Origin: Chitinophagaceae bacterium
GTDB lineage: Bacteria; Bacteroidota; Bacteroidia; Chitinophagales; Chitinophagaceae
DNA: 64,000 nucleotides
NCBI GenBank assembly: GCA_035533815.1
Contig: DATLTB010000113.1
Coordinates: 21,081-85,080 of the forward strand
Reading direction: 5' to 3'
Notes under the pieces: generated by a model
Told to the model about the DNA's origin: nothing
Seen by the model: the letters and a program-made list of their open reading frames with translations, nothing else
Database searches by the model: none
Shown: positions 7,540 to 17,011 of the stretch, in pieces
Position numbering within the stretch: the first letter of the stretch is position 1
How the letters are laid out: each line of letters starts with the position of its first letter
Translations under genes and position numbers: made by a program

Positions 7540-8868
7540 ATGGAAGTAACCAATGTCCAAAAAAAAGATGTCTACCTGGAGTGCATTGCAGGAAAGGACT
7601 TTCAGTACTGTTTTTCCGTGGGTGATCAACCGGTCACCATGGGTCATATTTCCGGTAACCCTAAGCAGGCAGTGAAAGTACTTTCTCCGGGCCAGGGATT
7701 TGTGATTTTTTCCAGCGAAATAGGCAAGATCCTTTTTGATGCTGATTCCTGCCAGGTCCCTGTTTTCCTGAATAACCGGGAAGTCAAAAAAGGAGAAATC
7801 CTCGATCATGATTTACTGCGTATCAATGATTCCATATGGCGAACCAGAAAAGATATTCCTGCAGGCAAGATATCTTCCGGAATGATGGACCGGTTAAACG
7901 GACTGATTGGGCTGGAACAATTGCATGATTTCAAATTGGGAAATATTTTTTCAGAGGTATTTAAAAAGCATACTACGGAAGAAATGGAGGCGCAGCTGAT
8001 CACAGGGACCTCGGGGCATACCCCCTATCTGGATAATCTGGAGATCGGATGGGGTAAACCTTGGCTGTTTGCCAGGATGCTGGGCATTTCGGCGGCACTG
8101 GCTTTTATTCTATATGCAGGTTATATCATGTTCTCCAATGCCAACCTGGTTCCCGGGCTTATTTTCATAGGATCATTTGCAGTCCCCCTTTCCACCATGA
8201 TTTTCTTCCTGGAAATGAATATTCCCCGGAATGTATCCATATTCATGTTGATACAGTTACTTTTTGTCGGAGGTATTGCTTCCTTGTTTGTCGCCCTGGT
8301 ATTTTATAGCAAATTCAATTTCTTCACTACCTACCTGGGAGCTTCTGCAGCAGGGATTATTGAAGAATCCGCCAAGTTGCTGATCGTCATCCTACTTGTC
8401 GGGAAATCCAAACGGTTCCGATGGATTCTGAACGGACTTTTATTTGGAGCTGCTGTGGGGACGGGATTCGGGGCATTTGAAAGTGCAGGTTACGCTTTCC
8501 GTATCATCGTCACCTCAGGCATGGCTCAGGGTGTGAATAACATCATCACCCGCGGATTGCTCGCCCCGTTTATGCATGTCGTCTGGACCGCCAATGTAGC
8601 CGCAGCATTATGGCTCGTAAAAGAGGATAAACCATTCAAGTGGGATATGTTGAAAGAGCCTGCCTTTTTAAGGATCATGATCTCCATGATGGCTGTGCAT
8701 ATGATTTGGAATGCCCCCTTTTCCTTAATGCGGTTACCCTTCAACCTGGACCTGAAGTACCTTATCCTGGGTGTTATAGCATGGGTGATCTGTTTCCGCC
8801 TGATCCAGGCAGGATTAAAACAACTCAACCAGGCCCGGCAACCGGCCCTACCCCCAATTACCGTATAG
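7540..8868 (+). CDS. PrsW-family intramembrane metalloprotease with N-terminal FHA-like (degenerate) cytoplasmic domain
   Basis: 442 aa. The C-terminal polytopic membrane domain carries the PrsW motifs: EESAK (nt 8362-8376), FGAFESAGY, HVVWTAN and HMIWNAPF. Residues ~10-100 follow an FHA-like beta-sandwich pattern (VTMGH...VLSPGQGF...FLNNREVKKGEILDHDLLRINDSIW). They lack the canonical R / SxxH / NG residues. Confidence 0.8.
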   Translation: MEVTNVQKKDVYLECIAGKDFQYCFSVGDQPVTMGHISGNPKQAVKVLSPGQGFVIFSSEIGKILFDADSCQVPVFLNNREVKKGEILDHDLLRINDSIWRTRKDIPAGKISSGMMDRLNGLIGLEQLHDFKLGNIFSEVFKKHTTEEMEAQLITGTSGHTPYLDNLEIGWGKPWLFARMLGISAALAFILYAGYIMFSNANLVPGLIFIGSFAVPLSTMIFFLEMNIPRNVSIFMLIQLLFVGGIASLFVALVFYSKFNFFTTYLGASAAGIIEESAKLLIVILLVGKSKRFRWILNGLLFGAAVGTGFGAFESAGYAFRIIVTSGMAQGVNNIITRGLLAPFMHVVWTANVAAALWLVKEDKPFKWDMLKEPAFLRIMISMMAVHMIWNAPFSLMRLPFNLDLKYLILGVIAWVICFRLIQAGLKQLNQARQPALPPITV

Positions 8869-9264
8869 CCCAATCTGGGCATGACTGATTAATGGTTTCG
8901 CTGTGAACCTTATGGTCGGTATCCTTTAACGGCGGTGAATGGAGAATGGGGAATGAAGACTTCCTGAACTCCGGCACAATCCATGAATCTCCGGATGCAG
9001 GTAAAGTAAAAAAGCTACTTCTTTACTTATTGCTTTTCCTTCAGCCTGTTTACTTCTCTCCCCTCCAGGACCGTGTGAATCAGGAAAGCGGAGATTAATA
9101 CCAGAACAGAAGCCAGCACAATAATATCCTGTATTGACATGCAGGTTTTTAATTGTTGAAGGTACATGGAATATCCGGGGGGTTAATCCCTATTTATCCA
9201 CAAGAAATCCCCAGGAGAATGCCATATATCTCATTAAATCCCTGTCTTTTATGTTACCGGCAAG

Positions 9265-9272
9265 TATATTTG
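9265..9272 (+). promoter_or_regulatory. Bacteroidota sigma-A -7 box (TAnnTTTG) upstream of the MFS transporter gene
   Basis: TATATTTG is an exact match to the Bacteroidetes -7 consensus TAnnTTTG. It lies 59 nt upstream of the ATG at 9331. No clear -33 element was seen. Confidence 0.35.
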
Positions 9273-9330
9273 CAAACGCCCCCTGAGATGGTCTTTACAC
9301 CTGAATCCGTTTAATTCAATTCCAGGACTT

Positions 9331-10629
9331 ATGGAAGAGCTGAAAAAGTCCGGCAGATACCGTTGGAAAATACTTTCCATGTTGTTTTTTGCCACCACCA
9401 TAAATTATATGGACCGTAGTATCATGGGAGTTCTCGGACCGACTTTGCAGAAATATGTATTTCACTGGACTAATATTCAGTATAGTTATATTACGAATGC
9501 CTTTATGGTGGCTTATGCTTCAGGATTGCTGATCATGGGCGGAATAATCGACAGGATCGGCACCAGGCTGGGTTATGCTATTTCGATTGCTATCTGGAGC
9601 TTTTTCAGCCTTTTACATACCTTGATCACCAGGTCCATGGGCTGGATTGGTTTTGTCTTTACGCGGTTTGGCCTGGGATTCGGGGAATCCGGTAATTTTC
9701 CCGCCTGCATCAAAACTGTCGGGGAATGGTTTCCGGTGAAGGAACGGGCTTTTGCGACCGGAATCTTTAATGCAGGGAGCAATGTAGGGGCAATATTTGC
9801 CCCGCTCATCATTCCCCTTTTTGTGGCCAATAATGGCAAACACTGGCAATATGCATTCTGCATCACATTCATCTTCAGTCTCACCTGGCTGATATGCTGG
9901 CTGAAAATCTATAAAAAACCGGAGAGCCATCCTAAAGTCAGTTCCCGGGAACTGGAGTATATCGTCGGGGATTCCAGTCTAGAATCCCCGGCAAAGATTG
10001 CCTGGATTCAGGTCATTTTCCTAAAGGAAACATGGGCTTTTGCCATAGCAAAAATAACAGATGCTGCCTGGTGGTTTTATTTGTTCTGGGGCAGCTTTTT
10101 CCTGCATGCCCAGTTCGGGCTGAACCTTCAGGGCCTGGCTTTACCGCTGATTATCATTTATGTGATTGCAGATGCAGGAAGTATTTCCGGAGGATGGCTT
10201 TCTTCCCATTTCATTAAACGGGGATGGACAGTCAATAAATCCAGAAAAATAACCTTATTGATCTGTGCTTTGATCATCCTGCCGGTGATATTTGCCACAC
10301 AAACCAAAAATGAATGGATATCTGTGCTGCTGATCGGAATTGCAGCGGGAGGCCACCAGGCCTGGTCTGCTAATGTCTTTACCCTGGTTTCAGATATTTT
10401 CCCTAAAAAAGCGACTGCCTCCGTGGTGGGTATCGGAGGAATGGTAGGTGCAATTGCCAGTATAATCGCCAATTTTTCCCTTGGCCGGATTTTGGACAGT
10501 TACGGTAAATCCGGTTATTTCTTTGCATTCCTGATTGTCGGCAGTGTATACCTGGTCACTCTTTTCATTGTTCACCTCATCCTGCCGGTGATAGAACCCC
10601 TGAACGAGGACCTTTCTCATTATCGTTAA
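9331..10629 (+). CDS. MFS transporter (ACS/hexuronate-transporter-like)
   Basis: 432 aa with about 12 hydrophobic segments. The N-terminus YRWKILSMLFFATTINYMDRSIMGVLGP and the motif GIIDRIGTRLGY are typical of the anion:cation symporter / ExuT-like MFS subfamily. Confidence 0.8.
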   Translation: MEELKKSGRYRWKILSMLFFATTINYMDRSIMGVLGPTLQKYVFHWTNIQYSYITNAFMVAYASGLLIMGGIIDRIGTRLGYAISIAIWSFFSLLHTLITRSMGWIGFVFTRFGLGFGESGNFPACIKTVGEWFPVKERAFATGIFNAGSNVGAIFAPLIIPLFVANNGKHWQYAFCITFIFSLTWLICWLKIYKKPESHPKVSSRELEYIVGDSSLESPAKIAWIQVIFLKETWAFAIAKITDAAWWFYLFWGSFFLHAQFGLNLQGLALPLIIIYVIADAGSISGGWLSSHFIKRGWTVNKSRKITLLICALIILPVIFATQTKNEWISVLLIGIAAGGHQAWSANVFTLVSDIFPKKATASVVGIGGMVGAIASIIANFSLGRILDSYGKSGYFFAFLIVGSVYLVTLFIVHLILPVIEPLNEDLSHYR

Positions 10630-10744
10630 TGCCATTTTAATGGCTGTAAAGCCATTGGATCCGAGTGAGCCTTCCAACCAGTGTTCCATCACCAGGTCTC
10701 CAGCTGAATAATGGAAATACCCGTCCATTCAGTCAAGGTCGAAT

Positions 10745-11503
10745 TTAAAAGCTTTGCAGGATCTGTAAAAAATCATCCGCCACCAGGGATGACCCACCGA
10801 TTAGTCCCCCGTCCACATCCGGGCAGCCGAATAATTCCCTGGCATTGCCCGGCTTGCAGCTCCCCCCATAAATAATGGAAAGTTCCTCCCCCAGCGAGGC
10901 ATTAAATCTTTTGCGGATCAGGTTTCGGATAAAGGCATGCATATCCTGCGCCTGACCGGCCGAGGCGGTCAGACCCGTACCGATCGCCCAGATGGGCTCA
11001 TAAGCTATCACCATCCGGGCAGCTTGTTCAGGGGAAAACAAAAAAACCGTTTCTTCCAGTTGTTTGGTCACATATTCATTCTGTGTGCCGGCATCCCGGA
11101 TCAACCGTGTTTCCCCACAGCAGAAAATGGGTCTTAAGCCTGACTCGAGCGCCTGCCTGAGTTTTTGAACGAGTATGGCACTCGTTTCCCCAAAATATTC
11201 CCTTCTTTCCGAATGACCCAGGATCACATATTCCACTCCGATCGATTGCAGCATGAAGGCCGATACTTCTCCGGTAAAAGCGCCGGATTTTCCCGTGTGG
11301 CAGTTCTGTGCGGCAGTGAAAAACTGGGAGTGGCTGCTAACCAGGGATTGCACATTCTGGAGGTATGGAAACGGGGCAGCAAAAATCGCCAGATGATTGG
11401 TCTGCATCGGGATATCCGCCCGGAGAATATCATGAACCAGCGAATTGGCCTGCTGGAAACTGAGGTTCATCTTCCAGTTGCCGGCAACTATCATTTTTCT
11501 CAT
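10745..11503 (-). CDS. tpiA: Triose-phosphate isomerase
   Basis: Motifs AGNWKMN, ILGHSERR and AYEPIWAIGTG are present. I prefer the internal ATG at 11503 (MRKMIVAGNWKMN, 252 aa) over the ORF-track start at 11551. Confidence 0.95.
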   Translation of the reverse strand: MRKMIVAGNWKMNLSFQQANSLVHDILRADIPMQTNHLAIFAAPFPYLQNVQSLVSSHSQFFTAAQNCHTGKSGAFTGEVSAFMLQSIGVEYVILGHSERREYFGETSAILVQKLRQALESGLRPIFCCGETRLIRDAGTQNEYVTKQLEETVFLFSPEQAARMVIAYEPIWAIGTGLTASAGQAQDMHAFIRNLIRKRFNASLGEELSIIYGGSCKPGNARELFGCPDVDGGLIGGSSLVADDFLQILQSF

Positions 11504-11617
11504 CAAATTCCGGTTCTTGAACCCTTGAACGACACCAGGGAGGAGAACCACTTCCTTTTTTAGCGTTTAGGTTGGTGATCAGTCCCTTGAGGACTGCCAG
11601 TACAGATTAAAATCAAT

Positions 11618-12772
11618 TCAGCCTGTTTGTGAAAACAGATATTTAAGGATGTCTTCTTCCGGACCTGTCATTTCCTGCTGTTTCATTTTCATCCAGGACC
11701 TGGCATCCCCGATAGCTTTCTCCAGATCATACTTCATCCACCTGGCTGCACCCCCCCAGGAAAAGGAAGGAATAAATTTAGGTGGAAAATCCCCGCCGAA
11801 TATATTACAGGATATCCCGGTTACGGTGCCCGTATTAAACATCGTACTGATACCGCTGCGGGAATAGTCCCCCATCATCAGCCCGCATTTAGTTCCCGCG
11901 GACCTATAGGTCTTCCGGTACGCATCCCAGACCTTGACATTGCCTACATTATTTTTCAGGTTGGAGCAATTGGTGTTCGCCCCCAGATTGCACCATTCCC
12001 CGATCACGGCATCTCCGAGATACCCTTCATGGGCTTTATTGGAATAACCGAAGACCACCGCATTCTTGATCTCTCCGCCCATCCGGCAAAAAGGCCCCAG
12101 GGAAGTAGCCCCATAGATTGTAGCCCCCATCTTTACCACAGACCCTTCACCCATGGAGAACGGACCCCGGATCATGGCTCCTTCCATTACCTCAGCTCCC
12201 TTTCCAAGGTAAATTGGCCCCCTGGTGGCATTCAAATAACAATGTTCCGCGATAGCCCCGTTTTCCAGGAAAATATGTTCGGTGGCCAACAGTCGGTTAG
12301 ACCCAGCAATTTCCGCAGATTGCCTTCCCCGGGTCAGCATCTGGAAATCCTGCCTGAGCAAATCTCCATTGAAATGAAAAATATGATAGGGGTGTTCGAG
12401 TATCCGCAGTTCACCGGTGTATTCGATCAAGTCCAGTTCTTCGGAAAGGGGCATCCTTTGGCTGCGCCAGGCGAACACCATCCCTTTCAGGGAAAGTCCC
12501 TGACCAGGTTTTAATGCCATCACGGATATTGCAAGCCCGGGACTGGAAATGATATGGGAATAAATGAACCAGTTGTCGTCCATAAGACGGCAGGGGTATT
12601 TTTCCTGGAGATAGTCAGCTGTCCCGTAAGATACGGTTCCCCCAAGGTAATGCGCCCATTTTGCGGCCAGGGTAGTAATGCCTACCTGGATTTCCCCAAT
12701 CGGACGGGTCAGTGAAAAAGGAAATAATCTTTCCCTGGCAACCGGGTCATCCTGTAGTATGATATTTCGCAT
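11618..12772 (-). CDS. GlmU-family / putative sugar nucleotidyltransferase with left-handed beta-helix (hexapeptide) C-terminal domain
   Basis: About 384 aa. The N-terminus reads ILQDDPVARERLFPFSLTRPIGEIQVGITTLAAKW. The C-terminus has hexapeptide repeats (GAEVMEGAMIRGPFSMGEGSVVKMGATIYG...). The ORF-track start at 12778 is TTG; the first ATG is at 12772. Confidence 0.7.
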   Translation of the reverse strand: MRNIILQDDPVARERLFPFSLTRPIGEIQVGITTLAAKWAHYLGGTVSYGTADYLQEKYPCRLMDDNWFIYSHIISSPGLAISVMALKPGQGLSLKGMVFAWRSQRMPLSEELDLIEYTGELRILEHPYHIFHFNGDLLRQDFQMLTRGRQSAEIAGSNRLLATEHIFLENGAIAEHCYLNATRGPIYLGKGAEVMEGAMIRGPFSMGEGSVVKMGATIYGATSLGPFCRMGGEIKNAVVFGYSNKAHEGYLGDAVIGEWCNLGANTNCSNLKNNVGNVKVWDAYRKTYRSAGTKCGLMMGDYSRSGISTMFNTGTVTGISCNIFGGDFPPKFIPSFSWGGAARWMKYDLEKAIGDARSWMKMKQQEMTGPEEDILKYLFSQTG

Positions 12773-12837
12773 GACCAAAAATAAGAATAGCCCGGCTATT
12801 TCAGCCCCGGGCCATCCAGATTAACCTGAAAACCAAG

Positions 12838-13089
12838 TTATTTTTTCTTTTCGTAACGTTTGCGGAATTTATCAATTCGGCCAGCCGTATCCACCAGCAT
12901 GTTCTTTCCAGTATAAAATGGATGGGAGGTATTGGAAATTTCCAGTTTGATGAGCGGATATTCTTTCCCATCTTCCCAGCTGATATTTTCCCGGGAAGGG
13001 GCAGAAGACCGGCTTAAAAAGGCATGTCCGTTGGACATATCCTTGAAAATCACGAACCTGTAGTTTTCCGGGTGAATGCCCTGTTTCAT
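12838..13089 (-). CDS. rpmE: 50S ribosomal protein L31, type B (no CxxC zinc motif)
   Basis: [28 protein letters not shown]...HPFYTGK matches L31. I prefer the ATG at 13089 (83 aa). The N-terminal Cys pair of type A is absent. Confidence 0.92.
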   Translation of the reverse strand: MKQGIHPENYRFVIFKDMSNGHAFLSRSSAPSRENISWEDGKEYPLIKLEISNTSHPFYTGKNMLVDTAGRIDKFRKRYEKKK

Positions 13090-13156
13090 GGGTAACTTAA
13101 TTTTGAGGGGCAAATATAGGTGATTTCGGGTTACCGGCCAAGGGTTAGGACTGCCT

Positions 13157-13648
13157 TCAGCTTTTCATATTCAGGAATTGCAGGGGAATCCCAAAATCAC
13201 CTGACCTGCAATGGCGGATGACTGCCTGAAGATCATCAATTTTCTTAGCGTTGACCCGGATGATATCATCCATGATCTGCCCCTGCACCTTTAACCCGCT
13301 TTCCTTGATTGCTTTGAGGATCCGTTTGGCATCCTCCTGTTTCAGGCCATTGCGTATGGGGACTTCTTTTTTCACATGTTTCCCGCTCTGATAAGCTTCC
13401 CGGCTGAAGTCAAAAGCCAGGGGGTCCAAGCCCTGCTTGACTGAGCGGCTGACCAGCGCATCGGTCATCTGCCTCATCTTCATATCACTGTCAGATTCGA
13501 GAATCAGGCTCATTTCTTTCTTATTCAGTTCAATCTGCACATGGCTGTCCTTGAAATCAAACCGGTTGATGATTTCCTTTTTTACGGTATTTATGGTATT
13601 GTCCAGCACCTGGGGATCTACCTTACTGACAATATCAAATGAGGGCAT
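13157..13648 (-). CDS. yajQ: YajQ-family nucleotide (cyclic-di-GMP)-binding protein
   Basis: 163 aa. The N-terminus [16 protein letters not shown] and the overall length are typical of UPF0234/YajQ. Confidence 0.88.
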   Translation of the reverse strand: MPSFDIVSKVDPQVLDNTINTVKKEIINRFDFKDSHVQIELNKKEMSLILESDSDMKMRQMTDALVSRSVKQGLDPLAFDFSREAYQSGKHVKKEVPIRNGLKQEDAKRILKAIKESGLKVQGQIMDDIIRVNAKKIDDLQAVIRHCRSGDFGIPLQFLNMKS

Positions 13649-13676
13649 GACCGAATGGGTTATTGGAAGCGAAGTT

Positions 13677-13707
13677 AAAAAAAACAGGGCACCTGGGCAA
13701 CCTGTTT
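13677..13707 (-). terminator. Intrinsic terminator after the DUF2807-like gene
   Basis: On the minus strand, AAACAGG-(12 nt)-CCTGTTT is followed by a run of 8 T (the A-run at 13677-13684 on the plus strand). The stem overlaps the stop codon at 13706-13708. Confidence 0.55.
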
Positions 13708-14434
13708 ATTCGCTGGAAATCTTTCCCATGCCTGATATCACCTGGCTGATCTTTGGATTGCCCCGATAACGGATATTTCCCATTCCGGAAATAACCACCT
13801 TCATCTGGTCGCTGACATTCACCTCTGCATTTCCCATCCCGGAAATCTGAATGTCACAGGTCTTGCTCAGGAGTCCTAATGCATTTACCTCAGCACGCCC
13901 TGAAATAGCATAGGCGGATTTTGGGGATGCCCCTTCCAGTTTGATATCCGCTGATCCGGAAACAACCGTTTGGATATCATTACCGATTAGATTCAGGTTC
14001 AGCTTCGATCTGCCGCTGACGGTGATATTCAGGTCCGACACTTTAAGCTGGCTTTTGCTTTCGAATGATCCGGTTCCGCTGGAACTCAGCTTCTTCAGAT
14101 CAGGTAGGGTGATATAAATTTTGACCGGATCAGCAGAATGAATGAGTACATTATTCCGCGTATGAAGATCCAGGTTTTTTCCATCCCGGGTGGTCAGGAT
14201 ATCTGACAGGAGGTTCTCATCCGCTTTCACCTTTACGGAAGCCGGGCTACCCTGGCTGATAAAGACCTGGAAATTCCCGGAACTCTGGATACCTGTGAAT
14301 GAACCCGAAATATTCCGGCTTTCCGTTTTAATTTTGCCATCCCCGCTGATGCGGGTAACCTGGGCATTTGCAGGCTGATAAAGGCCGGTGATCATCAGGA
14401 CAAGCCCGGCAAAGGTCATCAAGATAGATTTCAT
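13706..14434 (-). CDS. Head-GIN/DUF2807-like secreted beta-helical protein
   Basis: 242 aa with a signal peptide. It has repeated (I/V)SGxGxxxV units: VSGRSKLNL, VSGSADIKL, ISGRAEVNA, ISGMGNAEV, ISGMGNIRY. These are typical of the putative auto-transporter adhesin head GIN domain. Confidence 0.7.
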   Translation of the reverse strand: MKSILMTFAGLVLMITGLYQPANAQVTRISGDGKIKTESRNISGSFTGIQSSGNFQVFISQGSPASVKVKADENLLSDILTTRDGKNLDLHTRNNVLIHSADPVKIYITLPDLKKLSSSGTGSFESKSQLKVSDLNITVSGRSKLNLNLIGNDIQTVVSGSADIKLEGASPKSAYAISGRAEVNALGLLSKTCDIQISGMGNAEVNVSDQMKVVISGMGNIRYRGNPKISQVISGMGKISSE

Positions 14435-14597
14435 AGAATAAAATTTAAATTTAAAGTTTTCTTATCCTGTTTTTGTATTCCCCCAATTTGCATGGCTGGT
14501 ACCCCGCCATCAGCTTTGTTCTTGGGTACCGCCATGATCCGCATCTAAAATCTGATCAGTCCCCGGGTCCCCAGCCTGAGGCCAAAGACCTTCCTGA

Positions 14598-15698
14598 TCA
14601 AGGGGACTTCAGGACCAGGTCTGCATAAGTCCCATGAAAACTGATCAGGGGAGAAAGTTCATTCGCCCCATCACCCAAGCCACTGAAACTTTTTTTTGCG
14701 CCTTGGGTATTGCTGATCACATTTTTAAAAGGAATATTCCCCGTCTTTAAATTTCCATAGGACAAATTTGCCTCCAGCTGGAATGCGGTTCCGGGAGAAA
14801 TGCCCAGGTACACTCCTCCATAGGTACTTGTCACACTGATCTTCCGGAAATCCTTGCCCAGGGTCCCCACCTTAAAATCCCCATAGTCCATATGCAAGTC
14901 TGCACTACCGTCCAATTTCCCAATCCGGTAATGGGTATAGTCGGATTCCCCGCTGAGATCGGTGAGCTGATCAATCTGCACCTCATCATAATCGGAATGC
15001 AGGGAAAAAGTGCCTACCTTTTGCAACCGGTAATTACTATAATCGGATCTCGTACTGATAGACCCGGTCTCTTCATTATCCAGGGTGGAATATTTTGCGG
15101 ACAGATTAATACTGACCGCATGACTGATCGTTCCCTTGGAATAGTCCATTCTCACCGTCAATGGTTCGCTGATGCCGTCCAGGTCAAATCGACAATAGTT
15201 CATCGCCAGATTAAAGGGGCAACTGATGGTATCCGCAGTCACATCCCCATAATTATTCTCCACATCCAGCATGCGAAGAGAAGCTGGCACATACACTTCA
15301 TAATCAATGTTCACATAACTACCCGTTTTATCCGGGGCACCGCTGAACAATAGATGCCAGAGGGATGATAAACCTGCTGAAGGCTTGTTGTAGCTGGTGG
15401 AAATACTGACATCCCCCTGGTCAGCGGCCTGACTGGCATCAATATTGACCAAATCCGCAATCTGTTCCGCTTCATGAAGATCCTGGCCATAGCCACTGAC
15501 AATAATGGTAGCCTGTACTTCATTTTTATTCCAGGTATGCAGGGCAATCCTGCCGTATTTATTGCCCAGGTGTAGCAGATCTTTATCCTTTAGCTGGTAA
15601 TCCTTGTGTATTGTTTTGCGGTACACCACCTTATTGGGATGAGCGGCTACCAGGAAGGGCAACATGACCGAGAATAAGGCAACGGGTATTTTTTTCAT
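14598..15698 (-). CDS. Secreted beta-repeat protein (DUF4097-like adhesin fold), third gene of the ECF operon
   Basis: 366 aa with a signal peptide. It has recurring x-(D/N)YG(D/N)-hydrophobic units: NNYGDVTAD, MDYSKGTIS, SDYSNYRLQ, SDYDEVQID, MDYGDFKVG, LSYGNLKTG. Its start lies 2 nt after the anti-sigma stop. The family name is a recollection, not a search result. Confidence 0.55.
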   Translation of the reverse strand: MKKIPVALFSVMLPFLVAAHPNKVVYRKTIHKDYQLKDKDLLHLGNKYGRIALHTWNKNEVQATIIVSGYGQDLHEAEQIADLVNIDASQAADQGDVSISTSYNKPSAGLSSLWHLLFSGAPDKTGSYVNIDYEVYVPASLRMLDVENNYGDVTADTISCPFNLAMNYCRFDLDGISEPLTVRMDYSKGTISHAVSINLSAKYSTLDNEETGSISTRSDYSNYRLQKVGTFSLHSDYDEVQIDQLTDLSGESDYTHYRIGKLDGSADLHMDYGDFKVGTLGKDFRKISVTSTYGGVYLGISPGTAFQLEANLSYGNLKTGNIPFKNVISNTQGAKKSFSGLGDGANELSPLISFHGTYADLVLKSP

Positions 15699-15700
15699 GG

Positions 15701-16231
15701 TTATCCTTTATTTGTTCCTTGAATGGATTTGCGGACGGTGTGGTTGATCCGGTCCAGTATTTCCAGCCTGGTCTGGTAATACTGGTGAACAGCTGCCTGT
15801 ACCTGCTCATCCCCGGGATTTTCCTGAAAAGCCCTTTCGAGCCGGATATAAGCGGGATCCCGGAGTTCGGACTGAACCAGGTCTTCCGCACTAAAAGTCG
15901 ATTTATGTCCTGTCTGCGACCGGATCAACGCGATTTTCCGGGTGATCTGCCTATTATAATAATGCTGCATAGCTGACCAGGGTGCCGGTAGTACAGATCC
16001 GGCGCTTTCCCTGATCCGGACCAGCCGGATACCTCCGGTCATGCCCAGGATCAGCAGGATCAGGGCTGCCAATTTCCATTTGTAGCCCCGCAGCCCGGTA
16101 ATGAGGCGAAATGGGGGTTTTTTACCCAACACCCGATCGACCCTGAACCAAACCTGCTTCCCGGGAACCTGGTCATCAAAAACCTCCCGGTTCTCCCGGA
16201 TAAACTGTTCCAACTGGACTCCTGTTTTCAT
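15701..16231 (-). CDS. Putative anti-sigma factor / single-pass membrane protein
   Basis: 176 aa with one TM segment (WKLAALILLILGMTGGI). There is a 4-nt ATGA overlap with the upstream ECF sigma gene. The assignment rests on position, not motifs. Confidence 0.55.
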   Translation of the reverse strand: MKTGVQLEQFIRENREVFDDQVPGKQVWFRVDRVLGKKPPFRLITGLRGYKWKLAALILLILGMTGGIRLVRIRESAGSVLPAPWSAMQHYYNRQITRKIALIRSQTGHKSTFSAEDLVQSELRDPAYIRLERAFQENPGDEQVQAAVHQYYQTRLEILDRINHTVRKSIQGTNKG

Positions 16232-16815
16232 GATGGGCTGGTTAAATCCATTTCCTTGATCTGCAGCAGCTGCATTATTTTCTTCCTAGCCCGGTGGTAC
16301 TGGGTTTTGGCCGCAGATTCCGAGATGCCAAGCAGGTCCGCTATTTCCCGGTGAGTATGCTGTTCCAACAGGTACAAATTAAATACGATCCGGTATTGAT
16401 CTGGAAGCTGTTGGATGGTTTCCTTAATCCTATCTACAGCCAGGGTAAACTCCCCTTCGTCCATAACTTCCTCTTCTGGGAATTCGGAGGATTCATCCAT
16501 GGCAATCCAGCTGATCTTTTTTTTCTTCCATTGATTCAGACATTGATTGATGACAATCCGCTTTATCCAGGCACCCACACTGGATTCTCCCCGAAAACCA
16601 CTGATATGGGTAAAAACCTGTATAAATGACTCCTGAAGGACATCCTCTGCATCCATCTGGCTCCCGAGCATTCGCAGGCTTATATTATACATGGCCTTCG
16701 CATACTGATCATACAGCTGCCGGAAGGCAAGCCTGTCTCCATTCCTGCAGCGCTCCACCAAAATATCCCTGACCTGCGAATCATTCACCATAGTACCATG
16801 CTGAAATAAAGACAA
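16228..16815 (-). CDS. ECF-type RNA polymerase sigma-70 family factor
   Basis: Region 2 reads DAEDVLQESFIQVF..F.GES....WIKRIVINQCLN. Region 4 reads YRIVFNLYLLEQHTHREIADLLGISESAAKTQYHRARKKI. The ORF-track start at 16815 is TTG; an in-frame ATG lies at 16791. Confidence 0.9.
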   Translation of the reverse strand: MSLFQHGTMVNDSQVRDILVERCRNGDRLAFRQLYDQYAKAMYNISLRMLGSQMDAEDVLQESFIQVFTHISGFRGESSVGAWIKRIVINQCLNQWKKKKISWIAMDESSEFPEEEVMDEGEFTLAVDRIKETIQQLPDQYRIVFNLYLLEQHTHREIADLLGISESAAKTQYHRARKKIMQLLQIKEMDLTSPS

Positions 16816-17011
16816 GGAATTCTCAAAAAGTTACCGCTTAAATGGACTTAAAGGTAAATAAAAGCCTTCCGGGCGATCAGGTACCATCCAGGATGACCCG
16901 GGTCAATTGGTTTACTTTGGGAAAAACGGAGTTCGGTTTTTTCCTATCCATAGGATATATTCCATCCAATGCTATCCGGGAGTTTAAAATGACGGCCAAT
17001 ACCAGAAAAGT

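Noticed and set aside
9194-9202. Perfect DnaA-box TTATCCACA (a second copy lies at 18972-18980 inside a CDS)
   Set aside because: These are isolated single boxes. About one perfect 9-mer is expected by chance in 64 kb on both strands. There is no cluster, no AT-rich unwinding element next to them, and no dnaA or dnaN nearby. This is not an origin.
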